From the IMG/VR virus record IMGVR_UViG_3300037264_003623, positions 45,084 through 109,083 of that record: DNA of 64,000 bases. One strand, given 5' to 3'. The position numbers and the translations under genes were made by a program. Numbering within the stretch: position 1 is the first letter of the stretch; each line of letters starts with the position of its first letter. Below the pieces are notes generated by a model, which had not been told where the DNA came from, made no database searches, and saw nothing but the letters and a program-made list of their open reading frames with translations. This document shows, in pieces, positions 17,790 through 25,272 of this stretch. Source of the stretch: a virus.

Positions 17790-17821
17790 GCCGGGGTGGT
17801 GAAGTTGGCAGACGCGCTGGC
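17790..17821 (+). tRNA. 5' half of a split tRNA-Leu(GAG)
   Basis: GCCGGGG, D-arm and CTGGC; pairs perfectly with the 3' half at 18501..18555. Confidence 0.8.
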
Positions 17822-17823
17822 AT

Positions 17824-17907
17824 GTTGGAGTGGCGTAATGGCTAACGCACCGGACTCAGGATCCGGGTCCGAAAGGACACCTGTGGGTTCGACTCCCACC
17901 TCCGACA
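17824..17907 (+). tRNA. tRNA-Leu(CAG), nested inside the split tRNA
   Basis: GTTGGAG/CTCCGAC, CCGGA-CTCAGGA-TCCGG. Confidence 0.88.
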
Positions 17908-17915
17908 TTAAAGAC

Positions 17916-17944
17916 TTGGCAGACTCATAGGAACGGGTTATAAT
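17916..17944 (+). promoter_or_regulatory. promoter of the HNH gene
   Basis: TTGGCA-17-TATAAT, RBS AGGAGG downstream. Confidence 0.65.
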
Positions 17945-17970
17945 ATGTCGTCCAAGTAGGAGGACGACAG

Positions 17971-18504
17971 ATGAGAAGGGAAGAGGATCTGCGAAGGGTG
18001 GTTTCCGAGTGCGTGTCTTTTGCCCAGGTTCTTCGACGTTTGGGATTGAAGCAGGCTGGCGGAAGTCAGAGCGAGTTGAAGAAGAGGGTGGAGGCGCTCG
18101 GGATAAGCACAAGTCATTTCCTTGGCAGGAGGACGAACTCGGGGGCGCACCATCGCGGCGGGTGCCCCAAGAAGGCTTGCTCGGAGGTATTGGTTCGTAG
18201 CGTGAGGCGGCATCCCTACCTTCTTCGCCGGGCCTTGCTCGAATCGGGGAGGGAGTACCGCTGCCAAGGAGACGGTTGCCCGGTAAGGGATGAATGGCTT
18301 GGGAAGAAGATCGTCTTGCAGGTGGATCACGTTGATGGAGACAGGAGCAACAATAGGGCTTCCAACCTTCGATTCCTTTGCCCCAACTGTCATTCGCAGA
18401 CAGGCAACTGGGGAAAGAACGAAGGGGGAACGGATCTGACCACTAACGCGAGGCAGTGCCAGAACTGGAGACGGAAACGCCGGGAAGCATCGGGCACGGT
18501 TTGA
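17971..18504 (+). mobile_element. HNH homing endonuclease in the tRNA cluster
   Basis: LQVDHVDGDRSNNRASNLRFLCPNCHSQT; N-terminal SFAQVLRRLGL domain. Confidence 0.9.
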
Positions 18505-18555
18505 GGAGCCAGTGCCCGAAAGGGCGTGCGAGTTCGACCCTCGCCCCCGGCACCA
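18501..18555 (+). tRNA. 3' half of the split tRNA-Leu(GAG)
   Basis: TTGAGGA-GCCAG, variable arm, GCGAG-TTCGACC-CTCGC, CCCCGGC-A-CCA. Confidence 0.8.
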
Positions 18556-18556
18556 T

Positions 18557-18630
18557 GTGGTCGTGGTCCAGCGGTAGGGCGCTTGGTTGTGCCCCAAGAG
18601 ATGGCGGTTCGACTCCGCCCGATCACCCCA
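18557..18630 (+). tRNA. tRNA-His(GTG)
   Basis: GTGGTCG/CGATCAC, CTTGG-TTGTGCC-CCAAG, C73, CCA. Confidence 0.85.
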
Positions 18631-18706
18631 GCCCTCGTAGCTCAGTTGGTAGAGCGGCGCTTTCGTAAAGCGCAGGCCGCAGGTCCGATGCCTGCCGGGG
18701 GCTCCA
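18631..18706 (+). tRNA. tRNA-Thr(CGT)
   Basis: GCCCTCG/CGGGGGC, GCGCT-TTCGTAA-AGCGC, CCA; T-loop TCCGATG. Confidence 0.85.
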
Positions 18707-18950
18707 GGGGCATGGAAATCGCGGATAGCCTATCCGCGCCGCTATACCGCATCTATATCCGGAACGGTGAGTTCACCCCTCGGGACCTACCCCCGGCGAT
18801 CTTTTTCCCCCTTCTCCAGATGTGGATTCCTGTCGAACTTCGCACTTCTCGCGGAATAGGAGGGAATCAGAGGACGATTCCTGTAAGAAACGCGATCGAC
18901 AGGTGTTCAGGAGGGATGAAGTGAGGTTGAAGTGAGGCTGGAGGTGGCTG

Positions 18951-19466
18951 ATGAACGAGGTCAGGGCGAGGATCAGGTGCTCCGGGACGTTCCACACGAT
19001 CGGGATCGACCGCGACGGGATGCCTTTCGCCGCCCACCACTCCCGCGAGGAGATGGAGGCGGCCAGGGTCGCCGAGCAGATCGGAGGGGTCCAGGTGGAC
19101 GTGCCCTGCGTCAGGATGCTGGCGGAGATCGAGGAGTGCCTGCGGAGGAAGTCCTCGCCCCCGTCCGACATGCCCAGGGCGATCCTCGATTTCCTCCTCC
19201 GGCGGAGAGCGCAGGCGGTGGTCGAGCTGCGGGACCGGCAGAGGTACCTGGAGAGGAGGGTCAAGCGGGTGATGCGGCAGGCCGAGCTGGCGGCCAAGGG
19301 GGACCTCTCCTGCCTGGAGGACATCCTGGAGGGGGTGGAGGACGAGATCTACGACCGGTTCCACGGGGAGGGCACCAACGTCCTCCTGGACGTCTTTACC
19401 GAGGCCGAGGCCAGGATCATGCACCGGAGGCAGGATTTCGACCTGCGGAACTTCGAGTCCGTGTGA
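18951..19466 (+). CDS. hypothetical protein
   Basis: RBS GGAGG; typical codon usage. Confidence 0.7.
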   Translation: MNEVRARIRCSGTFHTIGIDRDGMPFAAHHSREEMEAARVAEQIGGVQVDVPCVRMLAEIEECLRRKSSPPSDMPRAILDFLLRRRAQAVVELRDRQRYLERRVKRVMRQAELAAKGDLSCLEDILEGVEDEIYDRFHGEGTNVLLDVFTEAEARIMHRRQDFDLRNFESV

Positions 19467-19483
19467 TTTTTTTTGCTTTTACC

Positions 19484-19524
19484 CTTGACGAAGACCGTGA
19501 TATGTGTATAATACAGGTGTCGAG
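19484..19524 (+). promoter_or_regulatory. conserved early promoter (variant)
   Basis: CTTGACG-16-TATAAT..GTGTCGAG, upstream T-tract. Confidence 0.8.
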
Positions 19525-19539
19525 TTTGAGGTACGCGAG

Positions 19540-19854
19540 ATGGACGAGACGAACGGGCGCAAGACACTCCGGGAGGCTCATGCCGAGTACTGCCGTGAGG
19601 CGGGGATGGCCGAGGAGGCGATAGCCCGGGACTGGGCCGAGTTCCAGACCGACTACGACGCCTGGCTCGACGATCGCCGGGCGCAGGAAGACGCTGATGA
19701 CCCAAGGTTCGCCGACGCGGACTGCGATGAGGAGTCCGAGGATCTGGAGGAGGTCCTCACCGGATCGGGATGGGACCATGACGATTACCGCAACATCATC
19801 ACGGGATCCTTCGACGACGAGACACCATTCGGCCACGAATTAGAGGGCGAGTGA
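19540..19854 (+). CDS. highly acidic small protein
   Basis: About one third Asp/Glu over 104 aa. Confidence 0.65.
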   Translation: MDETNGRKTLREAHAEYCREAGMAEEAIARDWAEFQTDYDAWLDDRRAQEDADDPRFADADCDEESEDLEEVLTGSGWDHDDYRNIITGSFDDETPFGHELEGE

Positions 19855-20378
19855 TGACGACGACTGAGATCACGGCCAACGACGTGGCCCTCGCGCAGGC
19901 GGGGGATTCCGAGGCGAAGGAACGGCTGATCGCCCGGATCGAGCCCCTGATCGGCTGGTGGCTCAAGCGGGTGAGGTGGGCGGGGGCATGGGAGGAAGGG
20001 ATGCAGGAGGGGCGCGTGGGCGTCCTGGAGGCCCTCCGGCGGTTCGATGCTGGTCGTGGGGCCAGGTTCACGACCTTCGCGGGCTGGTGGATCCGCCAGG
20101 CGGTCGAGAGCGCGATGACCCATGCTCCGCTCTCGGTCGAGGAAGTCCCGGAGCGGGAGTCAGGCATGGACGTGGTGGTGGACGCCGCTGCCGCCGCCGA
20201 GATCGTCGGGGCGGTCGGACTGCTTCCTGAGAGGGAGGCCGACCTTCTTCGGTGGCGGTTCTGGGAGGAGGAGTCCCTGGAGGCGATAGGCAAGCGGCTG
20301 GGCCGCCACAAGTACAGCGTGTCCCTGATGATCCAGAAGTCCCTCCGCAAGGTGCGGGGGCTGGTCGGCAAGTGCTGA
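19851..20378 (+). CDS. sigma-70 family sigma factor (regions 2 and 4)
   Basis: QEGRVGVLEALRRFDAGRGARFTTFAGWWIRQAV; LPERE..SLEAIGKRLG. Confidence 0.88.
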   Translation: MMTTTEITANDVALAQAGDSEAKERLIARIEPLIGWWLKRVRWAGAWEEGMQEGRVGVLEALRRFDAGRGARFTTFAGWWIRQAVESAMTHAPLSVEEVPERESGMDVVVDAAAAAEIVGAVGLLPEREADLLRWRFWEEESLEAIGKRLGRHKYSVSLMIQKSLRKVRGLVGKC

Positions 20379-20388
20379 GAGGTGCAGG

Positions 20389-20628
20389 ATGTTCTGTGCA
20401 AAGTGTGCCAGGGATTTCACCGGCGGACGGATGGGCGTGGTCGTGAAGACCGTCCGCAAGGTCACCCGGCGCAACGAGAAGACGAAGCAGGACGTCGTGA
20501 TCGAAAAGGCATCCTTCCGTCGCGGCGACGAGTGCGTTTGTCCCGGGTGTGGGGCGGTCGTGATCGCCCATTTCGGGGATTCTTACGAGGGCGAGACGCG
20601 GACGCCGGACTACACGGTCCAGGCGTAG
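20389..20628 (+). CDS. zinc-ribbon protein
   Basis: CAKC...GD..VCPGCG; similar to 22089..22310. Confidence 0.65.
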   Translation: MFCAKCARDFTGGRMGVVVKTVRKVTRRNEKTKQDVVIEKASFRRGDECVCPGCGAVVIAHFGDSYEGETRTPDYTVQA

Positions 20629-20638
20629 GGGGTCCTTC

Positions 20639-20971
20639 ATGCTCTACGGGAGGATGGCGAGGCGCGTCTACAGTCATCATCCATTAGGCAGGATGACGAA
20701 CTTCCCTGAGACGGGGAAGATAGTACACGCTTTCATTGTGGACGAACCCGTCCGCCACGACTCCAGCAAGTCCCCGCTTCTGGAGATGACTTCTCTGTGC
20801 GGCAAGGTCGTGGCTAGGAGGTGGACTGTTGATGTATGGGATGTGTCGTGGCCGAAGCGTCTGGTCAAGACGTGCAAACAGTTCGACTTTTACATGCACC
20901 CGTGCCGGTCGTGCAAGAAGAGGCACTACGATGCGAGGGTTGTGGAGATATTGGCTGGAGTAGAGACATGA
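20639..20971 (+). CDS. H-CG-CxxC zinc-finger family protein with C-terminal tag
   Basis: VHAF..SLCG..CRSC..VVEILAG. Confidence 0.65.
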   Translation: MLYGRMARRVYSHHPLGRMTNFPETGKIVHAFIVDEPVRHDSSKSPLLEMTSLCGKVVARRWTVDVWDVSWPKRLVKTCKQFDFYMHPCRSCKKRHYDARVVEILAGVET

Positions 20972-21336
20972 GGATCCTCATCCTTGATGACGACCCGACT
21001 CGTGGGATGGCCTTCCGGAGGGTACTGATCGGACACCTCGTCACGGTCGTGACGACGGCCCCGGAGGCGATCCAGAGACTCGCCGCGGAGGACTGGGACG
21101 CGACATCCCTGGACCACGACCTGGGCGACGAGCAGATGGTCGACTCCGGGCCGGGGACCGGGTGGGAGGTGGCGAGGTGGCTCGCCGAGAACCCCACCAG
21201 GATTCCCAAGGCGGTCGTCCTGCACTCCTTCAACCCCCCGGGGCGGGCGAGGATGAGGGACCTGCTCCCGGACTCCGTGCTGGCCCCGGGGTGGTGGATG
21301 ACCGGGAAGTGGCCGCTGGAGGCGGATGTCGGATGA
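20968..21336 (+). CDS. cyclic-phosphate-processing receiver-like domain protein
   Basis: RILILDDD, SLDHDLG, TGWEVARWL, LHSFNPPGRARM. Confidence 0.8.
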   Translation: MRILILDDDPTRGMAFRRVLIGHLVTVVTTAPEAIQRLAAEDWDATSLDHDLGDEQMVDSGPGTGWEVARWLAENPTRIPKAVVLHSFNPPGRARMRDLLPDSVLAPGWWMTGKWPLEADVG

Positions 21337-21674
21337 GCGGATGTGCGCCGGACGATAGCGCGAACCGGTTCTACATCGGGGATCTGATGATCTCCGCCGA
21401 GCCCTTGTATCACGTCTGGACCCTGATCGACGGCAACCTTGGGGAGGGGACTCTGCGCTCGATGTGCGGACTCACGAAACGGCGCGATGAGATATCGCTG
21501 TATCGGGGAATGTGGAGAAAGTTGAAGCGGTACAGGGGTGGTCTCTGCAAGAAGTGTCGGTGGGAGGAAGTCCAGGCCGCTGCCATACTTTCGGATGTCG
21601 ACAGGAACGTGACTCTGGACGAGCATGATTTTCTGGCGGCCATGTTCGATGAGGAGGATGAGGGTCTGCCGTGA
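21333..21674 (+). CDS. H-CG-CxxC zinc-finger family protein
   Basis: YHVW..SMCG..CKKC..AAAILSD. Confidence 0.6.
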   Translation: MSGCAPDDSANRFYIGDLMISAEPLYHVWTLIDGNLGEGTLRSMCGLTKRRDEISLYRGMWRKLKRYRGGLCKKCRWEEVQAAAILSDVDRNVTLDEHDFLAAMFDEEDEGLP

Positions 21675-21997
21675 GGATGTTCATCTACGTCAAGGACACG
21701 CCGGAGCAGCGGAAGGCCCGACGCCGGTTTCGGAACCGGTCCCCGAGGCGGGTGGTCCACACCACGACATCTTTCGCATCGGCCGGGGTCTACCTCTGCG
21801 GCTGCGGCCTGAAGGCCCGTGTAGACGACGTCAAGGACTTCGAGTCGGTCGCCGGGAGGGTGTCCAACTCCTTCGACATGGACAGGGCCGGGGGGGTCGA
21901 GTGCATCGACCAGATGTCGTGCTGGGAGTGGTGCCCAGGCTGCCGTGAGGACTATATGACGGAGGTGACGGCGGAGATCCTGGCTGGGAAGAGGTGA
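21671..21997 (+). CDS. H-CG-CxxC zinc-finger family protein with C-terminal tag
   Basis: VHTT..GCG..CPGC..TAEILAG. Confidence 0.65.
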   Translation: MRMFIYVKDTPEQRKARRRFRNRSPRRVVHTTTSFASAGVYLCGCGLKARVDDVKDFESVAGRVSNSFDMDRAGGVECIDQMSCWEWCPGCREDYMTEVTAEILAGKR

Positions 21998-22013
21998 TTT
22001 TTTTAGGTTGGGT

Positions 22014-22051
22014 CTTGACGAAAGGACGAAAACATCTATAATATGGGTGTC
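22014..22051 (+). promoter_or_regulatory. conserved early promoter (variant)
   Basis: CTTGACG-16-TATAAT-ATGGGTGTC. Confidence 0.82.
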
Positions 22052-22088
22052 GGTTTGAGGTAAGTACCGTGAAGATGATGGAGGGTGC

Positions 22089-22310
22089 ATGAGGCCGATC
22101 TGCGTGAGGTGTCGCCGGGAGATGGCCCCGGGGGTCAACGAGTTCCTGGTCAAGGACAAGGCTGTCGGCAATTCCCCGTCGACCTACCGGTTCGGAGACC
22201 TGTTCGAGTGCCCCGACTGTGGGGCCCAGGTCGTCGTCGGATTCGGGAAGGGGCTGACGGAGTCGGAGGTCGGGGGCAGGGCGAAGGACGCGCTGGAGTT
22301 CATTCGATGA
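22089..22310 (+). CDS. zinc-ribbon protein
   Basis: CVRC...GDLFECPDCG. Confidence 0.7.
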   Translation: MRPICVRCRREMAPGVNEFLVKDKAVGNSPSTYRFGDLFECPDCGAQVVVGFGKGLTESEVGGRAKDALEFIR

Positions 22311-22642
22311 GACGGTCCTTCTTCAGCAGCCACGATAAGGAGTTCGCCGCCGTTCATGCCCTGGAGCGCAGGGGATGGTGCCGGGCGTGCTCCGCTGCCC
22401 CGTCTCTGCGGAGCCTGAGGGTGCCGGTCGAGATGGTCCCGATGCCGTACCGGGGGAAGAACTGGTTCCATCTCCGAATCGTTCCGTGGGCACCCAAGTG
22501 GGCGGTGGGACTGGTTAAGCGCATGAAGGGGCTCAAGGTCAGGCGGTCGGACAGGGCCGCCGCCTTCAAGGAGGCGCTGGAACTGGGGGGAGCGGGCCCC
22601 CTTGCCGAGGCTATTATCGTGGCCGGGAAGATGATGAGGTAG
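22307..22642 (+). CDS. hypothetical protein with C-terminal tag
   Basis: Ends EAIIVAGKMMR. Confidence 0.6.
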   Translation: MRRSFFSSHDKEFAAVHALERRGWCRACSAAPSLRSLRVPVEMVPMPYRGKNWFHLRIVPWAPKWAVGLVKRMKGLKVRRSDRAAAFKEALELGGAGPLAEAIIVAGKMMR

Positions 22643-22645
22643 GCC

Positions 22646-22912
22646 ATGCATTATGTGTTGATCGCGAGGAAGAGAGGGTTGAACCTCCATCTCCCACCCG
22701 GCGCCAGGAGATGTGGGAAGATCCACGCCTATGAGGAGGAACCTAATGTGGGGGAGCCCATCGTGTCTTTGTGCGGTCAGCGGGCCGTGTCCCATAGGTG
22801 CGACTTCCCGGGGAATCCGCTTCCCAACCGCCGCTGGAAGGTCTGCAAGAGGTGCCTCCCGGCGATCGAAGCGGAGACGGTGGGCAAGATTTTGGCAGAG
22901 AGGCCGCCATGA
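22646..22912 (+). CDS. H-CG-CxxC zinc-finger family protein with C-terminal tag
   Basis: IHAY..SLCG..CKRC..VGKILAE. Confidence 0.65.
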   Translation: MHYVLIARKRGLNLHLPPGARRCGKIHAYEEEPNVGEPIVSLCGQRAVSHRCDFPGNPLPNRRWKVCKRCLPAIEAETVGKILAERPP

Positions 22913-23121
22913 CCGACGCGGACATCTTCTACAGGGAGCCCGGCACTGGATGGAGGAAGTACTGCATCCGGTCGGGGACGCGGAAGGAGATCGAGGAGAC
23001 GGCCAGGGATCTCCTCAAGAGCCTGCGGGAGGAGAGCGCGAGGTCCTCGGTCAAGATCGTGTGGCCGGGGAACCGGACGACGATGGTGCGGCTCCAGAGT
23101 GGTGCCGCGAAGGGGGCGTGA
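22909..23121 (+). CDS. hypothetical protein
   Basis: ATGA overlap. Confidence 0.55.
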   Translation: MTDADIFYREPGTGWRKYCIRSGTRKEIEETARDLLKSLREESARSSVKIVWPGNRTTMVRLQSGAAKGA

Positions 23122-23579
23122 TGGACCAGAAGATGAAGGCTCTCATCAAGAAGTTCGCCGACTTCTTCCTGATGGATCCGGCGTTCAAGGACATCCCGGA
23201 CGACATCATGGGGGCGGTCTCCGACCCGGCTTTGGCCCCTATCCTGGCCTCGACGGCGCACGTCTTCCTCTTGGGGAAGGAGGACAACGGGACGGACGAG
23301 GAGCTGGAGAAGGAAGGGGACGCCCTTTTCCATGCGTTCTATCTGGAGAGCCTCAGGCGGATGTTCGCCTCCGACCGGCCGAAGACCTTCGCCTTTCGGG
23401 ACCGGAAGGTCCGCGACTTCATGAAGGTCTTGGAGTTCGCGTTCGACGAGGACGAGGCGATCCACTCGATGCGTCTGAAGATCCAGGGGCTTATCGGCAT
23501 CGAGCTCTCGGTCGAGAAGATGCGGGAGATCATGCAGGAGACGATCGCGGACGCGATCAGGCCCCACGAGGGAAGATGA
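23121..23579 (+). CDS. hypothetical helical protein
   Basis: Coupled ORF MDQKMKALIKK. Confidence 0.65.
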   Translation: MDQKMKALIKKFADFFLMDPAFKDIPDDIMGAVSDPALAPILASTAHVFLLGKEDNGTDEELEKEGDALFHAFYLESLRRMFASDRPKTFAFRDRKVRDFMKVLEFAFDEDEAIHSMRLKIQGLIGIELSVEKMREIMQETIADAIRPHEGR

Positions 23580-23908
23580 TCGAGCAGGGCGAGCCGGTGA
23601 AGGCAAGGTTCGGGAGGACCGCGCCTGTCGGGGATGGGTGGGTCTACGGGTGCATCGTCTGCAAAGTCAGGCCGAGAACCCTGACGATATGCAAGTGTCT
23701 CTCCGACGGGAACGAGTACGCCTTGTGCTTCCCGTGCCTGGACGCGATGGGCGACCTCGGGATGGTCGAGGAGAGGATCGAGACATACGTCTAGGAGTCC
23801 GGCAACAACTTCACTTTGAGGCATACGACGACAGTCAACAAGCACGACCTGACCCGGTGTCCAAGGGACGAGGGCCTCCGGGCGGCGGTCATGCTGGCGA
23901 GGCGGTGA
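23576..23908 (+). pseudogene. Cys-rich paralog interrupted by in-frame TAG at 23792
   Basis: Reading through TAG gives CPRDEGLRAAVMLARR*, matching the CP+tag ends of the next three genes. Confidence 0.6.
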
Positions 23909-23909
23909 G

Positions 23910-23924
23910 CGCACACCGTGTGCG
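23910..23924. promoter_or_regulatory. 15-bp palindrome CGCACACCGTGTGCG, copy 3
   Basis: Perfect palindrome just after TGA 23908. Confidence 0.6.
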
Positions 23925-24187
23925 CGGATCAGAGGAAGTGCGGGTACTGCGGAATGACGGGCGATCGGCGCACACGGTGGAAGATGTTCCAGTGCTCGTG
24001 CGGGAAGATCCACTACTTCTGCGAGCTCTGCTACAGGGACCTCCTGAGCAAGGGGATCATCGTCCGCAGGGGGCGGAGGGGCGGGGGGAAGAAGGACTTC
24101 CTGAAGGCGTGCCCGGCGGAGGTCCGTGTCGCCGAGGCGATTATGCGGGAGAACCGCAGGGTGGACTGGGAGGTCACGAACCTGTGA
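23918..24187 (+). CDS. Cys-rich tandem paralog
   Basis: CGYC..CSCG..CELC..CPAEVRVAEAIMR. Confidence 0.65.
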   Translation: MCADQRKCGYCGMTGDRRTRWKMFQCSCGKIHYFCELCYRDLLSKGIIVRRGRRGGGKKDFLKACPAEVRVAEAIMRENRRVDWEVTNL

Positions 24188-24402
24188 TCTGCGATCTATG
24201 CAAGACGGCTTTCATCTCCAGGGGGTCGGTTCGGGACCTCCAGTGCGGGTGCGGGAGCGTCTACCGGGCGTGCCTGACGTGCAGGCGTGCCCTGCTGAGG
24301 CAGGACTTCGCCTACTACGAGGGCAAGGGGATGGTCCTCAAGATATGCCCGACGGCATTAGAGGTCGCCCAGAGGCTGATGGATGGTGGGGACGGCGGAT
24401 GA
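24184..24402 (+). CDS. Cys-rich tandem paralog
   Basis: CDLC..CGCG..CLTC..CPTALEVAQRLMDG. Confidence 0.65.
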   Translation: MICDLCKTAFISRGSVRDLQCGCGSVYRACLTCRRALLRQDFAYYEGKGMVLKICPTALEVAQRLMDGGDGG

Positions 24403-24650
24403 GCGAGTCTCTATGCGTGATCTGCGGGAAGGGGCAGTACCAGCCCGACGAGCAGGGGGGGTACATCGGGATGCGCGACGTGTTGTGCGCGTGCGGGGAT
24501 GTCCACCGCGTCTGCAAGCGGTGCTGGACGAACCCCGGGAGCAAAGTCCTGGCCGAGGCGTTCTCCTGGGATTCCAAAACCTGGATGGGGGACGCCAAGT
24601 TCGACGTGTGCCCGAAGGATATTCTGGTGGCCTGGAGGTTGATGGGATGA
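24399..24650 (+). CDS. Cys-rich tandem paralog
   Basis: CVIC..CACG..CKRC..CPKDILVAWRLMG. Confidence 0.65.
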   Translation: MSESLCVICGKGQYQPDEQGGYIGMRDVLCACGDVHRVCKRCWTNPGSKVLAEAFSWDSKTWMGDAKFDVCPKDILVAWRLMG

Positions 24651-24801
24651 TCAGGTTCAAGAAGAGCATGTTCGGGTTAGGGGCCAACTCCTGCGTCTCG
24701 CCGACGAAGGGGACGGCGGACAAATGCGAGGGGTGCCCGGTCAAGGGCCTGGTCGGGATCGTGGTCGTGGTGAAGGTGGGGCCGAGGCCGATCGGGAGGG
24801 G

Positions 24802-25272
24802 ATGATGCCCAGGGAAGACCCGATCCGCGAGTACTTCGAGATCGATCTCCCCGACAAGAGATTCCGTGAGCAGAACGAGCGCCTTCAGCGGAAGATCGAC
24901 GAGGGCATCGGGATGAGGGGGAGTCCGCCGCGTTTGAGGAAGACATGGTGGATCTCCACTCCAGGGATGGATTCCAAACGTGCGTTCGGTCTCTCCGATG
25001 CCATTGAGGCGCTCGACTCCCCGGACATGATCTCGGATATGGGCCACATCCCTCTGGTCCGGTGGAGCGGGTGTTTGTGGCACCTGATGGTTTCCTCCCA
25101 CTGCAACCCGGCCAGGGTGGTGTCGGCGTGCGGAGAAACCTTCCCGATGGGAGAGAGGGTGGAGGGGAAACTGGAGATCGAGCCGAACCGGAACCTGACC
25201 TGCATGGGGTGCTGGACCCACGTCGAGGCGGCCAAGGTCGCCCTGATCCTGGCGGGGGAGAGCGATGAGTGA
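24802..25272 (+). CDS. H-CG-CxxC zinc-finger family protein with C-terminal tag
   Basis: WHLM..SACG..CMGC..VALILAG. Confidence 0.65.
   Translation: MMPREDPIREYFEIDLPDKRFREQNERLQRKIDEGIGMRGSPPRLRKTWWISTPGMDSKRAFGLSDAIEALDSPDMISDMGHIPLVRWSGCLWHLMVSSHCNPARVVSACGETFPMGERVEGKLEIEPNRNLTCMGCWTHVEAAKVALILAGESDE

Noticed and set aside
17822-18500. Group I intron in tRNA-Leu
   Set aside because: The interval is fully occupied by a tRNA, a promoter and the HNH ORF; no catalytic core visible and U/G splice junctions give a 6-nt loop
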